This document shows positions 25,565 through 38,187 of a DNA stretch of 64,000 bases, piece by piece. This stretch comes from Macrostomum lignano (lineage: Eukaryota). The stretch lies in contig NIVC01002209.1 of assembly GCA_002269645.1 (NCBI GenBank), positions 124,001 to 188,000 on the forward strand, read 5' to 3'. Position 1 is the stretch's first letter, and the number at the start of each line of letters is the position of its first letter. The notes below the pieces were generated by a model that was not told the origin of the DNA, made no database searches, and saw only the letters and a list, made by a program, of their open reading frames with translations. A program made the translations under genes and the position numbers.

Positions 25565-28500
25565 CTACTGCTGCCTCTTGTACGGATGGAAGCTGTGCGC
25601 CCCGGCCCCGCCGCCGCGATTATAGTCGCCGCTGCCGCCGTACATGCTTGTTGGCGGGCCGCCCCAGCCGGTCTGCTGGCCGGAGGCGTCCCAAGTAGCG
25701 GCGGCTGTCGGCTGGCCACCCCAGGCGCCGCTCTGGTTGCCCCAGGCACCGGCCATCTGCTGCTGCTGCCAATTGTTGCTTATCTGGTCCCAGCCGGCGC
25801 CAGTTTGACCGTTCCACTGCGGAGTTTGTTTCGGGTTCGGGAAAATCAAGGAAGGTTTCTACTGGCCTGCTAGAACAGGTATTTCCCATCATTAGGGAAA
25901 AGGGATCGGTTACAATTATCAGAAGAATTCCTATTACTGTGGAATAAAAATTTGCACTGATAATTAGAGGGATTTCCTATTATTTTTATGGAATAGAGAT
26001 TTCCCTAATTTCCACAGGGATTCTCCATTATTATTAAATAGGGATTTCCCATAATTGTTAGAGGGACCCTCCATTATTATTTAATAGGGATTTCCTTTAA
26101 TTATTCGAGGGATTCCCATTTTTATTAAATAGGGATTTCCCATAATTATTCGAGGGATTCCCATTTTTATTAAATAGGGATTTCCCATAATTATTCGAGG
26201 GATTCCCCATTTTTATTAAATAGGGATTTCCCATAATTATTTGAGAGATTCCCCATTTTTATTGAATAGGGATTTCCCATAATTATTCGAGGGATTCCCA
26301 TTTTTATTGAATAGGGATTTCCCATAATTATTCGAGGGATTCCCATTTTTATTAAATAGGGATTTCCCATAATTATTCGAGGGATTCCCCATTTTATTGA
26401 ATACGGATTTCCCTTAATTATTCGAGGGATTCCCATTTTTATTGAATAGGGATTTCCCTTAATTATTCGAGGGGTTCCCATTTTTATTGAATAGGGATTT
26501 CCCATAATTATTCGAGGGATTCCTATTTTTATTAAATAGGGATTTCCCATAATTATTCGAGGGATTCCCCATTTTTATTGAATAGGGATTTCCCATAATT
26601 ATTCGAGGGATTCCCATTTTTATTGAATAGGGATTTCCCTTAATTATTCGAGGGATTCACATTTTTATTGAATAGGGATTTCCCATAATTATTCGAGGGA
26701 TTCCCCATTAGTATTGAATAGGGATTCCCTTTACTTTTGGAATAGGGATTTCTGCTCGGGAGTGGAGCGTTCCTAAATCACAGACGGAACGGCACGCACC
26801 TGATTCCAGCCATTCTGATCCCAGCCAGTCTGGCCCCAGCTGGAGCCGCCAGTGGCTCCCGGCCATCCAGCCGTGCTGGTTGCTGGGTTGCTCCAGCTCT
26901 GCCCCCAGCCCTGGCTAGGCGTGTTCCACATGCCGCCGCCGCCGCCGGCACCGCGACCACGGCCGCGACCAGGCGCAGTTGGGACGGGACCGCCGCCAAC
27001 GCCGGGTGGTCCCTGAACGCGGCGACTGTAGTTTGGCGGCTCCATTGCTTTAATCTCGACCTACAAAGAATGCATTACTAAGTGACTGCGCCTTTTCCAT
27101 TTATTTTAAGAGTTCGATTACTATATATCTAGATTTGCTAAGTTTACAGCTATTACGCGGCTACTTATATAGGGTTTACTTACGGTATCCATGGTTACAA
27201 GGGCCATCTCAAAAGTGTCTTATTAGTTCTTATTTAGACACAATGCGTGCATAGAATGTGGTATCTTGCAGATTTGAAAATCGGCTGGGTTCAAGTATAG
27301 TTCCCATTTTTAATAGCTATCAATAAATAGTATCGCATAAAACACTTTTGAGATGGCCATCTCGTACCCAATGCTGTGCCGTATGGGGAGGGGATAATTC
27401 AGCCGAGTTAAGCCGCATAAGCCTATAAAATGCGCATTGCATACGTAAACAAACAACAGAAGACAGAAATGCATAAAAGAAGAGCACAATTAAAGTAAGT
27501 TAAGCACCTGTTTGCCGTTCAACTGCACATAGTGCGTTTGAATCAATCTTTTCACAGTTGTTTCGTCTTCAAAGCCGACAAACGCAAAGCCTAGAGAATT
27601 TGTGTTTAGCAAACAAAAATAAGGGAAATAGTCAAGATTGCTGTCAAAATATTTATTTATTAAAAAAGGCATTTTTAAAAACAATTTTGACAGTAATGAC
27701 TTTCCCGAAAGCAAGGTAGCTTTTCAAAGTTTATTGGCATTTAGTATCATTTTTCGTTTAATCTGTCAGAAGTACAGAATTGATTGTTTCTTGCCAGTTA
27801 ATTTTTAAGTAATAATTTTACGTTCATTTATTACTTAAAAATTAAAAATTTCGAAGGTTTTGGCTTTAAAACGAAAGCTTTAATTAATATAGAAGAAAGC
27901 TTGCAAAAAACACTGCTTTATAATTGTACAGTACGAGTGCAATGTAACCCAGTCACTTGCTTTTAATTGTTACAGTACCCATCTAAGAAGGACTGCTTGA
28001 CAAAATAGCAAAGCAACTGAGACAAAAGCTGTACCGTACAAAATCTGAATTACAGCAATAGAAAATATTTTAATACGCTATTAATTTACTGTACTTCTTC
28101 TAGACAGGGGTTTTGAAATCATACTTGTACACTTTACCGTATTTGGAGTAAAGCATACTCATATAAATTTACACTTGCTTACGGTAAGTCATACTCGTAA
28201 AATTGTTTAAAAAAATTAATTCACAAAATGCGCAAACTACTTAATCCATCGGCCTCAGCTGAATGTTTGCAAAGCTGTCTGTCTTGTATTAAATGTAGTT
28301 TTTCTGGCGAAATTGTTTAGTTAAGATTGTTCAGTTTTCATACCTGAAATCACTTGCAAAACTATCTAGCTGAGATCTATGGATTGAGCTCTAGAATTTA
28401 CTTCACTGTAGTTTTTATTAGGGCAATTTTTTTTCGCTTTCATACCTCGATGGCGCTGCTTGGACAAGTCCATCATTAGGTTGACATCGGTTACCTGAAA

Positions 28501-31500
28501 GTTCGATTATGTCACTAATTAGTATTATGTTAGAGTGCTCAATCTGAGATCAGTTGATTGATTGACCCGCTGTTGGCAATAAAATGAAAACTAACAGCAC
28601 TCATTTATCACTCACATTGCCGAAAGCGCTGAAGAAGTTGCGAACAGTTTCTTCGGTATGCTCCGGGGCGATGCCGCCAACAAAGATTTTCAGGCTGCGA
28701 CGGTTCTGCAGTGGCGAATGAAAAAGCACTTTTTTTAGAGACTGGAGGCCGTGTGCACCCTGGCGCACTTTAAGCGACATTGTCGCGCAACCGGCGAGAG
28801 GCATTGCTGCCCATTCCGCAGACTCCTCTGAGCAGGCACACAAGCGCGCAAATACGTAAGCAGTCATACGCACAGGCACACACTCACACAGGAGTGTACA
28901 GCGGCCCTAACTTAATTTATCGTTAGGCATGTACACTTCACTGCGCCTTGGGGGGTTGGCGGACTTTTACATAATGCCAAAATTTGACTTGTGTAAGCAT
29001 GGAGTCTGCAGACTTCTCTGCAACTATAATGGATCAGAGGCTCAGCAATGAAATAAGGTAGGATAGAAATGTTGCTATTGTATTTGATTTCGAACTTTTT
29101 GACTGATGTCAGCTGGCATTCTGAATTCAGACCCAGGGTGTCAAATAGCATTGCAATTTTGTATTGGCACTAACCTTGCCCTTCATGTTGACGTTGCACT
29201 GTTTAGGATCGACCTCTTTGCCATCGATAACGTGCGGGGTAGCGGAGTTGAGCACCAGATCGACAATGTTGGGATCTTTGTAGCGAATGTAGCCGAAACC
29301 GCGGGACCGATTGGTCCGATTGTCCATCATGACTGCGGCGTCTTCTACTTCGCCATATTTGGAAAAGTATTGCCTCAGGGTGTCGTTGGTGGTGTTCTGA
29401 GACAGGCCGCCGACAAATATTTTACTACAGGGTGAAAAATTGCAAATGCTTGTTAAACATCTGCTTGCCTCCACTTTATTTGTAAGTATAGCATATTCAA
29501 ATTCATATATGAGTCTTATAAACATTAAATTTCATGAAAACATTTTTTAACTATTGTGTATTAGTTTACACACAGGTTTCTTGGAGCACATGGACTCCAT
29601 GGCATGCCACTCCTAATTCTGGGCCCACTGGACCAATAGTAATACAGGAAATTTTAAAGAGACAAGATGCAACTTAAAATCAACAGTAGGTTAGAAGTAA
29701 CAAGATGATCTACAATAGTAGTCCATTATATTATAGCTTATAAACACAAATCCTTGTAAAACATGTATAGTTTTATGGTAAAATGAGGAGAAAAAACTAT
29801 TTTATAAAAATCCTGCCAAAAACATGCAAAAAACAATTTATTTCATCCAACTTTAGGCTAGCAATTTTAGACATTCTGGCAACTATAGTGATAAGGCTCC
29901 TAAAAATCAAGTTGTTAAAAAAATTGAACCTTAGATTTGAATCTTGAATTTTTCCAAGGAATTGCTTTATGAAATAGGCTTTGTTTATCAGTTAAACAGC
30001 AAAGGTAATTTTATTATAAATAGGGGCTGTCTGACAGCCTAAGTCAAATAAACTGTCTTTGTGTGTTTGATTGAAAAGTAACTGTTTTCCCTATAGGAAA
30101 AAGTTGTAAAACTGCAGACGGCGTCTGTCTTTTGAAATTTTTCTAAAGCGCAGTGCGCGCACAGGGGCACAGCACCTGTGTGTGCGGTGCCCTTCCCAAC
30201 TGGCTGCTGCTCAAGCAAATAAATATACATGGAAGGGGGCCTAATACCTCTGTAGAAGGAGCCTATACACTTGTCATTTATAATACCTAGCGATGTTCCA
30301 AAATTTCAATTTCAATTTTCCAAAAATTGAAATTTTTAAGAGCATATTTTGATTTCGAAAAAAATCGGAAGTCAAAATTCTGAAAGTGTCTAAGTGGCTA
30401 AAAATAAACAGTGAGTAATTTCTGCTACATATACATGTATTTTGTTTTGCATAAGCAGTAAATCAAAACATAAAAAAGTAAGTGTTAGTCATATTAAACT
30501 TTGTTTTTCTGAATTTTGATTTTGGAAAATTTCAAGTTTAATTTCAATTTCAGAAAGTTATCGAATTTTGATTTGGACAGATTGAAATAGACGATTTTGT
30601 CAATTGCAATGGAACATCTCTAATAATGCTAAAGCGCAGTAAAATAATTTGACTCTACTCTAAATTGCGCATCCACAGGTTTTCAACTTTTATTCCAATA
30701 GGGACTGTTCTTAATTGCAGCTTGCAATGCATCTCTCCAGTCATTCTATTTGGAGAACAGTCAATCAGCCTCAGGGCTTGTACTTTCTCTTGTGTTACTT
30801 TTTTTGAGTAGTAGATAGTGACTTAGGAATAGCCCCAAAATTAGAATTCAATCCATTCTTAGAAAACGAGACATCCAGATTTATAATTGGAGGAATCACC
30901 TTTAGAAGGCAGAAATCCTACCATAGGGTAGGGAAATCCAGACTCAGAGTCTGAGAAACCTGCCTCAGGGCAGAAAACCCAGCAAGTAAGCTGTGACCCT
31001 CTGATCCCAGGAATGCCCAGGATTGAGAGAATAAAATTTCTTAGAGGAATATACGGATAGGGTAGACAGTGCCATAAGACTGCCCAGGCTATAAGTACAG
31101 TATATGTACATATGCTACCAATAGATATATACGCTACCAGAAGTAAAAGTAAAAGTATTATAAGAGCTATTAGTAAAACTTTGGAGACTTAACAGAGAGA
31201 TTATAAAATAGAGAAGTAAGATGCCTGTTACAGCTGATAGCTTAATGGTGGGATTTTAATAGAGAGAAGTTTAGCCCTGCTACATTTAGAGTGTCTTTTT
31301 ACAGATGCAATGCTTTCATTTTAACATATATTGCATCTATTTAGTAAATAAGGTCATGCTAACATGATCTTTCTATTGGCAATGGAAATTTGTATTAATC
31401 ACAAAAATGCAAATATTATTTTAGCTTGCACATTTAGATATTTTGTTAATTAATATATAGCCAAGAAACTAAATTGAATTATAAGTTTTTAAAGATGATT

Positions 31501-33989
31501 TTATAAATAATTTAAAAAATAAAGTATCTTGTTTAGGCATTTTTTATTTCTAGAATCTTGGAATCTAGAATCTGGTTCTTTATATTCTTGACAATTTTAC
31601 AAATAAATTAGGTAGAAAAAGTATTACTAACCAATGTAAGCAACAAAAAAATATATGTGAAACCTTGGGAATCACCTAGCCATTTCTTTTGGTTGCTATA
31701 AAAGTTGCTATTGGCTGAGAACAGTCGTGACTACTATTCTGTCCAATAGCAATTTACATATATGTCCAAAGGCATACAAGGCCAATGCATACCCAAATTT
31801 TTGGGTGTATACTACATGATTCAGAGTGTGGTTAATTTATCCAACCCTCTTGTTCACCATGATCCCCCACTTTATACCTGAGGACCTCAACCTAAGTCTA
31901 TCATGTAATGTAACTAAGTTGTGCCACTTGCAAGATTGAGACTTTACCTAGACTTTCAAAAGTAGTGACCATAGACCAAGGTGAAATTCATCCCAAAACA
32001 AATAGTGTTTTGCACAGAAAGTAAAAAATTGCTATAACTATAAAACTGCCAAAAATATTTTATAATAAAAAAAGAGAAAAAGAACCCAAATAGTAGGTAC
32101 ACCAATGAGATTTTGAAAGCTCAAAAATTCAATATCTCTTGAAAAATATGATAGAGTTTGATTGCACAAGTAAAAAAACACCTCATTTAATTCAATAGTT
32201 GGATTCAAATTAAAAATGTTATGCAACTTGTGTACATATTTTTGCTAGTTTTGTAACACAAATTTGCAAATTTAAAACAAAAAAAACAATTTAAGAGTCC
32301 ACAACATTTTTATTTATTTTTTAATTTTCTTATCATTGATGTCATTTTTTTGCATAGTTTATTCTAGTTTTAATAAAATAACTTTGTTAGTTTGCTTTGC
32401 TTAACATAGTTTTTTAAAAGAATAGATTACAAAAAGATTGATTATCTTTTGAGTGAAAACAGTGCATGTTTTTTAACATTATATGAGAATAACTAATAAA
32501 ATACATATTGCAGTCTGTTAAGCTTGACTATTTCTTTCTTAAAACATATGCTTAAAACATATCTACATATTTTTATATAGAACCAATTTCTATTAGAGTT
32601 ATACTCCTTTTTAGATTTTTTTAACATAAGAAACTAATAAAAATATGCAAGTATAATGGTTCTACATTCCTATAAACAAGTTCTGGCCTATAATTTAGTT
32701 TATATATAATTTACTATACATTCAAAAAATACATACTAGAGATAGCCCGCAAATTAAAGAATTATTCTATTCTTTAGAGAACAAAGACTCTAGATTTAGA
32801 ATCTAGCAACTCACCTTAGAAGACAAAACACCTACCAAAAGGGTAGACTAATCTATACCTAAAGTCAGTAAGCTGTGACCATACATGTGCAACAGTTGGC
32901 TGAGTTGGCCAATTTGGCTGACTGATTTGGCGGCCAACCAAGGAAATTCACAAAAATGGTCACCCAAATTAATACCAAGTAGTACTAAATAGATGACGAG
33001 ACATTTTGTGTTAATAAGACAGTCATAAATACTCTTGCCATTTACCCAAAGTTGCATAAATTTTGTTTTAGGGTTTCTTTTACATGTAAGTTGCATTTTT
33101 GGGCAAAAACTATGTCGCATTTATGTTAAAACTAAGTCATACGGCTGACCGAATTTTGAAGGTTGCGCATGTATGGCTGTGACCCTCTGATCCCAAGGAA
33201 TGCCTAGGACTAAGAGAAAGAGATTGTAGAAGAAAAATTAGGAAGTATAGAAATAAGATAGATTGTGAAGACCACTTAAGCCAATAAGTATATAATATGC
33301 TATCAATTTTATATGCAACACTACTAGTAGATCAATACATGTATTATTAGTAAATAATATAGTGCCAGAAGTACATCAAATATTACATATAAGAATAATC
33401 TAGAACAACATTGGTTGCAGCTTTTAGGATACTTATAGTAAGAAGAACTAGCCTTATTACAGCTGGTAGCAGCAATAAGATTTCTCATAGTATAGGAAAG
33501 AGGCCTGCAATAACTTAGTAGCATCAGTAAGAAAATCTTTAAAAACAATGAGAATGTTATTAGAGGATAGAACTTTTCCTTTAAAACTTCTATCTTCTTT
33601 ACTTCTTTCTTCTCTCTTGTCTCTCCTCTTATCTCTTCTCTCCTTTCTACTATTTTCTCTTTTCTCTCCTCTCTTCTCTTTTATCTCTGCTCTCTCCTCT
33701 TTTATCTTTTCTCATTTCTCTTTGCTCTCTACTCTCTCTTTTCTCTATTCTTTTCTCATTCCTCAGTCTCCCCTCTCTCAACATTTCCCTTTTCTCCCCT
33801 CTCTTCTTTCTTCTCTCAACTTTCCTCTCTACTCTTTTTTCTCTCTCTCTCCTCTCATCTCTTCTCTTCTTTCCTCTCTCCTCTCTCCCCTCTTCTTGTC
33901 TTTTCCCTCACCTCTTTTCTCATCTTTTCCCTCACCTTTCTTCTTTTCTTTGCTTTCTTGTTTCTCTTCTTTTATCTTTTATCTTCTCT

Positions 33990-34069
<80 letters not shown>

Positions 34070-37000
34070 CTCTCTTTTCCTACCTCTCTTTACTGCCCTG
34101 ACAAAGAATAAATCTATTGGAAGTACCGGCAAATCTAACCAAATTGACTTAGTATCAGTCTTTTTTTACCAAGTCAGAGCCTGAGATTGTAGGTTCCCTC
34201 CTTTTTCCCTCTCTCTTATATGTATCTCTCCTATCATCCCTAGCATCTCTCTTATATGCTCTCTTTTTCTATCTCTCTTCTCTTTCCTCTCCTCACTCCT
34301 GACTCACTTTTCTCTCCCTTTATCTTTGTTCTCTCCTCTTATATCTCATAATCTCATCTATCTTACCTTTTATCCCTCCTCTATTCTCTCTAATTTTCCT
34401 TTTTTAATCTGTAATCTTTACTCTCTTATATGTTCTTTAATCTCTCTCTCTGTACTATTTCCTTCCCTTCTTTTAACTCCTCTTTTTTTCTTTCTCCTTT
34501 TTTCTATTCTCTTTTCTTCCTTTTTCTATACTTTCTCCCTCTCTTGTCTTTTGTCTTATCTCTCCATTTTCCTTTCTCCTCCTTGATCTCTCATTTTTTA
34601 TCTCTCTTTACACTTTTTTTCTCTTTTCCCTTTACTCTTTCATTGCTCTTTTCACCTTTTTCCTCTGCTCTTCTCTCTTCTCTTATCTGCAGCTCTCTGC
34701 TCTCTCATCTTTACTTTCTTCTCCCTCCTCTCTCCCCTTCTCTCCTCTTTTTTCCCCTTGTCTCTTATTGTTTTTTATCTTTTTTCTTATCTCCTTTTTT
34801 ACCTTTTCTTTTTTTCTAATTATGTTACTTTTTTTCCACTCTTCTCTTCTCTGCCTCTCAGCCATGAGCTGGATTCTTGTCTGGACTTTGAGGTAAAAGT
34901 CTGCTTATCCCTGCTTGGAAAGCCAGTTTGTGAGACATAGTACTCTCATGGTTGTTTTCATGCTTTAATCATGTCATCTTTCTTGCCAATTCTTAGGAGG
35001 CCATTTAAATTTTAAAGTACTTCTTAAGAGAAACTTAAAATTTCTATGACTAATTTAGTAAGGTTATATTGCATTGCATTGCCTTTTCATAAATCTTTGG
35101 CTTTTACAAACCATGCTAGATGTGGATGGATTGCTTTGATTTGCCAATTGCCATCCAACTGCTGCAGAGTTTGCCTATACAGAGGGCAGTGGTTAGAATT
35201 TCTGACTTAACTATTATGGCAAAAAATGTAGCGTCTCCACAGGGGTGCAGAAAAGGCTATAAATAAATCTATTCCAAAACACTGTATATTCACTATGTAT
35301 ATTCAGTCCTATTGCCTTACCCTTGGTCTAGCTCTGGGGGAATGAGTGAGTGAGTAGCACAAACAACAGAAAAAGCAGACAAACTTTATATACTTACAGT
35401 TTTTGTTTTGATTGAGTTGTAGAGTAGTTGAAACTTTAATAAACATAAATAAACTAATTTTGCAGTAGTGCAACACACCAAAATTTAACAAATTTATGCA
35501 GCAAGTAGTTATATAGTATATGTAAAATTATTCAAATATCATAGTCAAGATGGCATATGCACACTGGATTTAAATTTAGGAAGAGGCTCTATAGTCTTAA
35601 GTATGCACTATACATATAAGAATTTTTTGCTTTGCATGCTGCATGCAAGAGGGTTGGATCAAATCCACTAAATGTATTGCTTAATGGCTAGGGGGATAAT
35701 TATAAGTTAGGGCATTGCAACAATAAAGGACTTTTTTGCATTTTGCCTTTTTATACGCAATTGCAGATAAACAATGCTTATAGAAATGCTTCCTTTTTGT
35801 GACTTGAATATATTTTAGCTTTTCAATTATTAAACTTACAATGTGTCTTTCAAAATTAATATACAATAGACCCTTAATCATTTCAAAGATGACAAATATC
35901 ACCATGTTTTAAAAGGACTAAAATTTTTTGTGTATGTAGACTATGGACCACTCAAAATGCACACCCAAAAGACTTGCACCTTAAATATGCAAAAAAATAT
36001 ATTATATTTTTGCTATCTTTTAGAATGTTGAAATTTTAAACACATTTTTACCAAATTTTTGGCATGCAAAATGCACGCAGAATTTTCTGGCAAATATGGC
36101 TTTTTTCTTAGTATGGTTCTAATAGGGCTATTATTATATAAAATGTTTGCTAGAAGTTTTATTATAAGTTTCTCTATATTTAAAATGTCTAAAATAAGAT
36201 AGTAAGGATTTGGCCTATTATAAGATATGCATAGTTATTTGTGTTATTTATCCAATTATATAAAAAACACTAAATTTTCATTAGTATATCTATGTGTAAT
36301 ATAGGGACATATACTATACCATTTAACTTACTTATTTCTATATTGCTTTCCAATAAAAAATAAGAAAATAGAACTGCCTATTATGTTTCATCAAAGATAA
36401 TAAAAATTATGATTTCTAATAGGAATTTGAATATATTTTTATAATAGGCCTACAAATACAATTAGCTATACAAGGTGCTAAACACAATTAGCTATAGAAG
36501 GCACCAAACACAATTCAACAGATGGCAACTAATTATAGTAAGCAACAAATGTTAGGCTAAGCTTTTACTTTTATATATAATAATCATCTTTCTATAAAAA
36601 ATCAAATGGAAAGTAAAAAACCATGTTGCAAACAATATAAATACAAAAAATATATGCTAGAAAATTCTGATATATAATGGACCTAAAAATGGTTAGTATA
36701 AAGTATCTAATGTACAGAAAAATCTGCCAGAAAATTATACCACAGAGCTAACATATACTATATAGTATAGCTATTATTAATATATACAAAAGACTAAAAT
36801 GTTATAATGTAAAAAGGGGTCTTATATTGCTACAATGCAATAAAGGTCTTTCCTTAAATTGTTGCAATATAAAAAAGGTATTTATTATTATTGCAACACT
36901 TTTTTGATAATTTCCAGCATATATCACAAGTTTTGGCCTAAATTTGAAGTTATGGTATAGGGGGGGGCTTTTTTGGGGGTGCTAGTTGTTTTGTTTGCTG

Positions 37001-38187
37001 AGCAGATGAAAAGTTTTCTTTTTCAAAAACTATTTATTTGCCACAAAATAGGGGTGGAGGATGTGGAATAAAGTGGGGAGCTGCCTAATCTACAACCTCT
37101 AGTTATTAACCTTTTCATATTCTTTTTTGGCTTTTGCCTAAACTATATATTTGGTGTTACTATTGACTATAATCATCATATTGTAAAACTTGCTGTTTAA
37201 TGCTTAAATACTTTTTACAAATGACAGATGTCTTGCATCTAAGAAATTTTGAATAAAAATAATTTTTTGCCAATATTTATATCTTTATCTAATTTTTAAT
37301 AGTTTCTATTCCACTGTTTTCAATTAAGCTTTTTTTAGGTGTATATTGTAAAATAGTTTGTTAAAATGATGATCAAAGACCCTTATATACATATAGTGCT
37401 TTATAAAAATATTAAAGATTAGATAGATTGTTGGGCAGCTTCCCAATCCCCACCCTACTCCTTATCTCTACTCTACTTTATTTTCTAATAGACAAATAAT
37501 TTTTAGAAGGAAAGGCAAGGGTGTTTTGTCTTTTTAGTAGATGAACTATTGGCAGACAAATGAACTAGAAACCATTTTTGGCATACCATGTAACAGATTT
37601 AAGTGTGGTTCAAAGACAATTGGCTGAAATTATTCTTTTCATAAAAAAAGTTAATATATTTATTGAAAACTAGTTTCTAAATATGACATTTTTGATAGTA
37701 CTTTTTTGAGAAATTGGACTCAATTTCCAATTCTTACTAAAAAGTGTATTTAATATAATTAATCAATTAGATTCTTTACAATTATTAAACTACTCAATTT
37801 ATTTAATAGGCACTACATAGTTATAAAGTATTTTTTCTATAGAAAATTTCTTTATATAACACTTTCTATTTTTAGTTATCTAGGTTATTTTTAAACTAGA
37901 AAAAAACATTTTTATATTTTTGTTCACATTTCTATATATCTCACTAACTAAAGATAAAGTCTACTACAAATGGTACATAAAAAAGGAATTTTTGAAGGAT
38001 AGACATAGTTTTACATGAGTCAAGAAGCATTTTGTTTCAATAAAAATATCATTTTTTCCAGCAAACAAAACATTTTGTCCTATTTTTTTACAAACACTAG
38101 GCTTGTACAACTAAGATCGCTGATTATAGATACTTACCCTATTTCATTTCCAGCTGAGTCAGTGGGTACATCCATTTCGGTCGACAT
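25565..38187 (-). CDS. DAZAP1: DAZAP1/Hrp48-like hnRNP with two RRMs and a G/W/Q-rich tail, 7 exons: 38187-38138, 29424-29175, 28705-28616, 28494-28446, 27590-27508, 27060-26800, 25816-25565; 344 aa
   Basis: MSTEMDVPTDSAGNEIG|KIFVGGLS (cf. DAZAP1 DEIGKLFVGGL), SRGFGYI, PHVIDGKEVDPKQC, LKIFVGGI, RHRGFAFV, VEIKAMEP, and C-terminal FHPYKR. All junctions are GT-AG and phase-consistent; 1035 nt. Intron 1 is 8.7 kb. Confidence 0.92.
25930..26750. repeat. 45-bp minisatellite (TTATTCGAGGGATTCCCATTTTTATTAAATAGGGATTTCCCATAA), ~17 copies, last DAZAP1 intron
   Basis: Period of 45 (26101 vs 26146). Confidence 0.95.
27202..27358. mobile_element. Small MITE-like element (157 bp) with 17-bp perfect TIR
   Basis: GGCCATCTCAAAAGTGT ... 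ACACTTTTGAGATGGCC; no TSD identified. Confidence 0.5.
28730..28962 (-). mobile_element. SINE copy (5'-truncated, A7 tail) in DAZAP1 intron 2
   Basis: Reverse complement matches 56075-56307 (GTGAAGTGTACATGCCTAAC...GAATGGGCAGCAATGCCTCTCGCCGGTTG...GTGCGCCAGGGTGCACAC). Confidence 0.85.
30288..30622. mobile_element. hAT-like MITE (335 bp)
   Basis: TIR TAG(C/A)GATGTTCC ... GGAACATCTCTA; 8-bp flanks ATAATACC / ATAATGCT (6/8 match). Confidence 0.6.
30975..31145 (+). repeat. Dispersed repeat, copy 2 of the 4420 family
   Basis: GCTGTGACCCTCTGATCCCAGGAATGCCCAGGATTGAGA ... ATGCTACCA. Confidence 0.6.
33175..33310 (+). repeat. Dispersed repeat, copy 3 of the 4420 family
   Basis: GCTGTGACCCTCTGATCCCAAGGAATGCCTAGGACTAAGA ... 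GACCACTTAAGCCAATAAG ... ATGCTATCA. Confidence 0.6.
33550..34870. repeat. Polypyrimidine (CT-rich) low-complexity tract including pure (CT)n
   Basis: Read directly; the S/L/F-rich ORFs are artefacts. Confidence 0.95.

Noticed and set aside
29570-29640. Candidate DAZAP1 first exon just upstream of RRM1
   Set aside because: Weak donor and no homology; the exon at 38187-38138 gives the conserved EIG-KIFVGGL junction with a GTAAGT donor.
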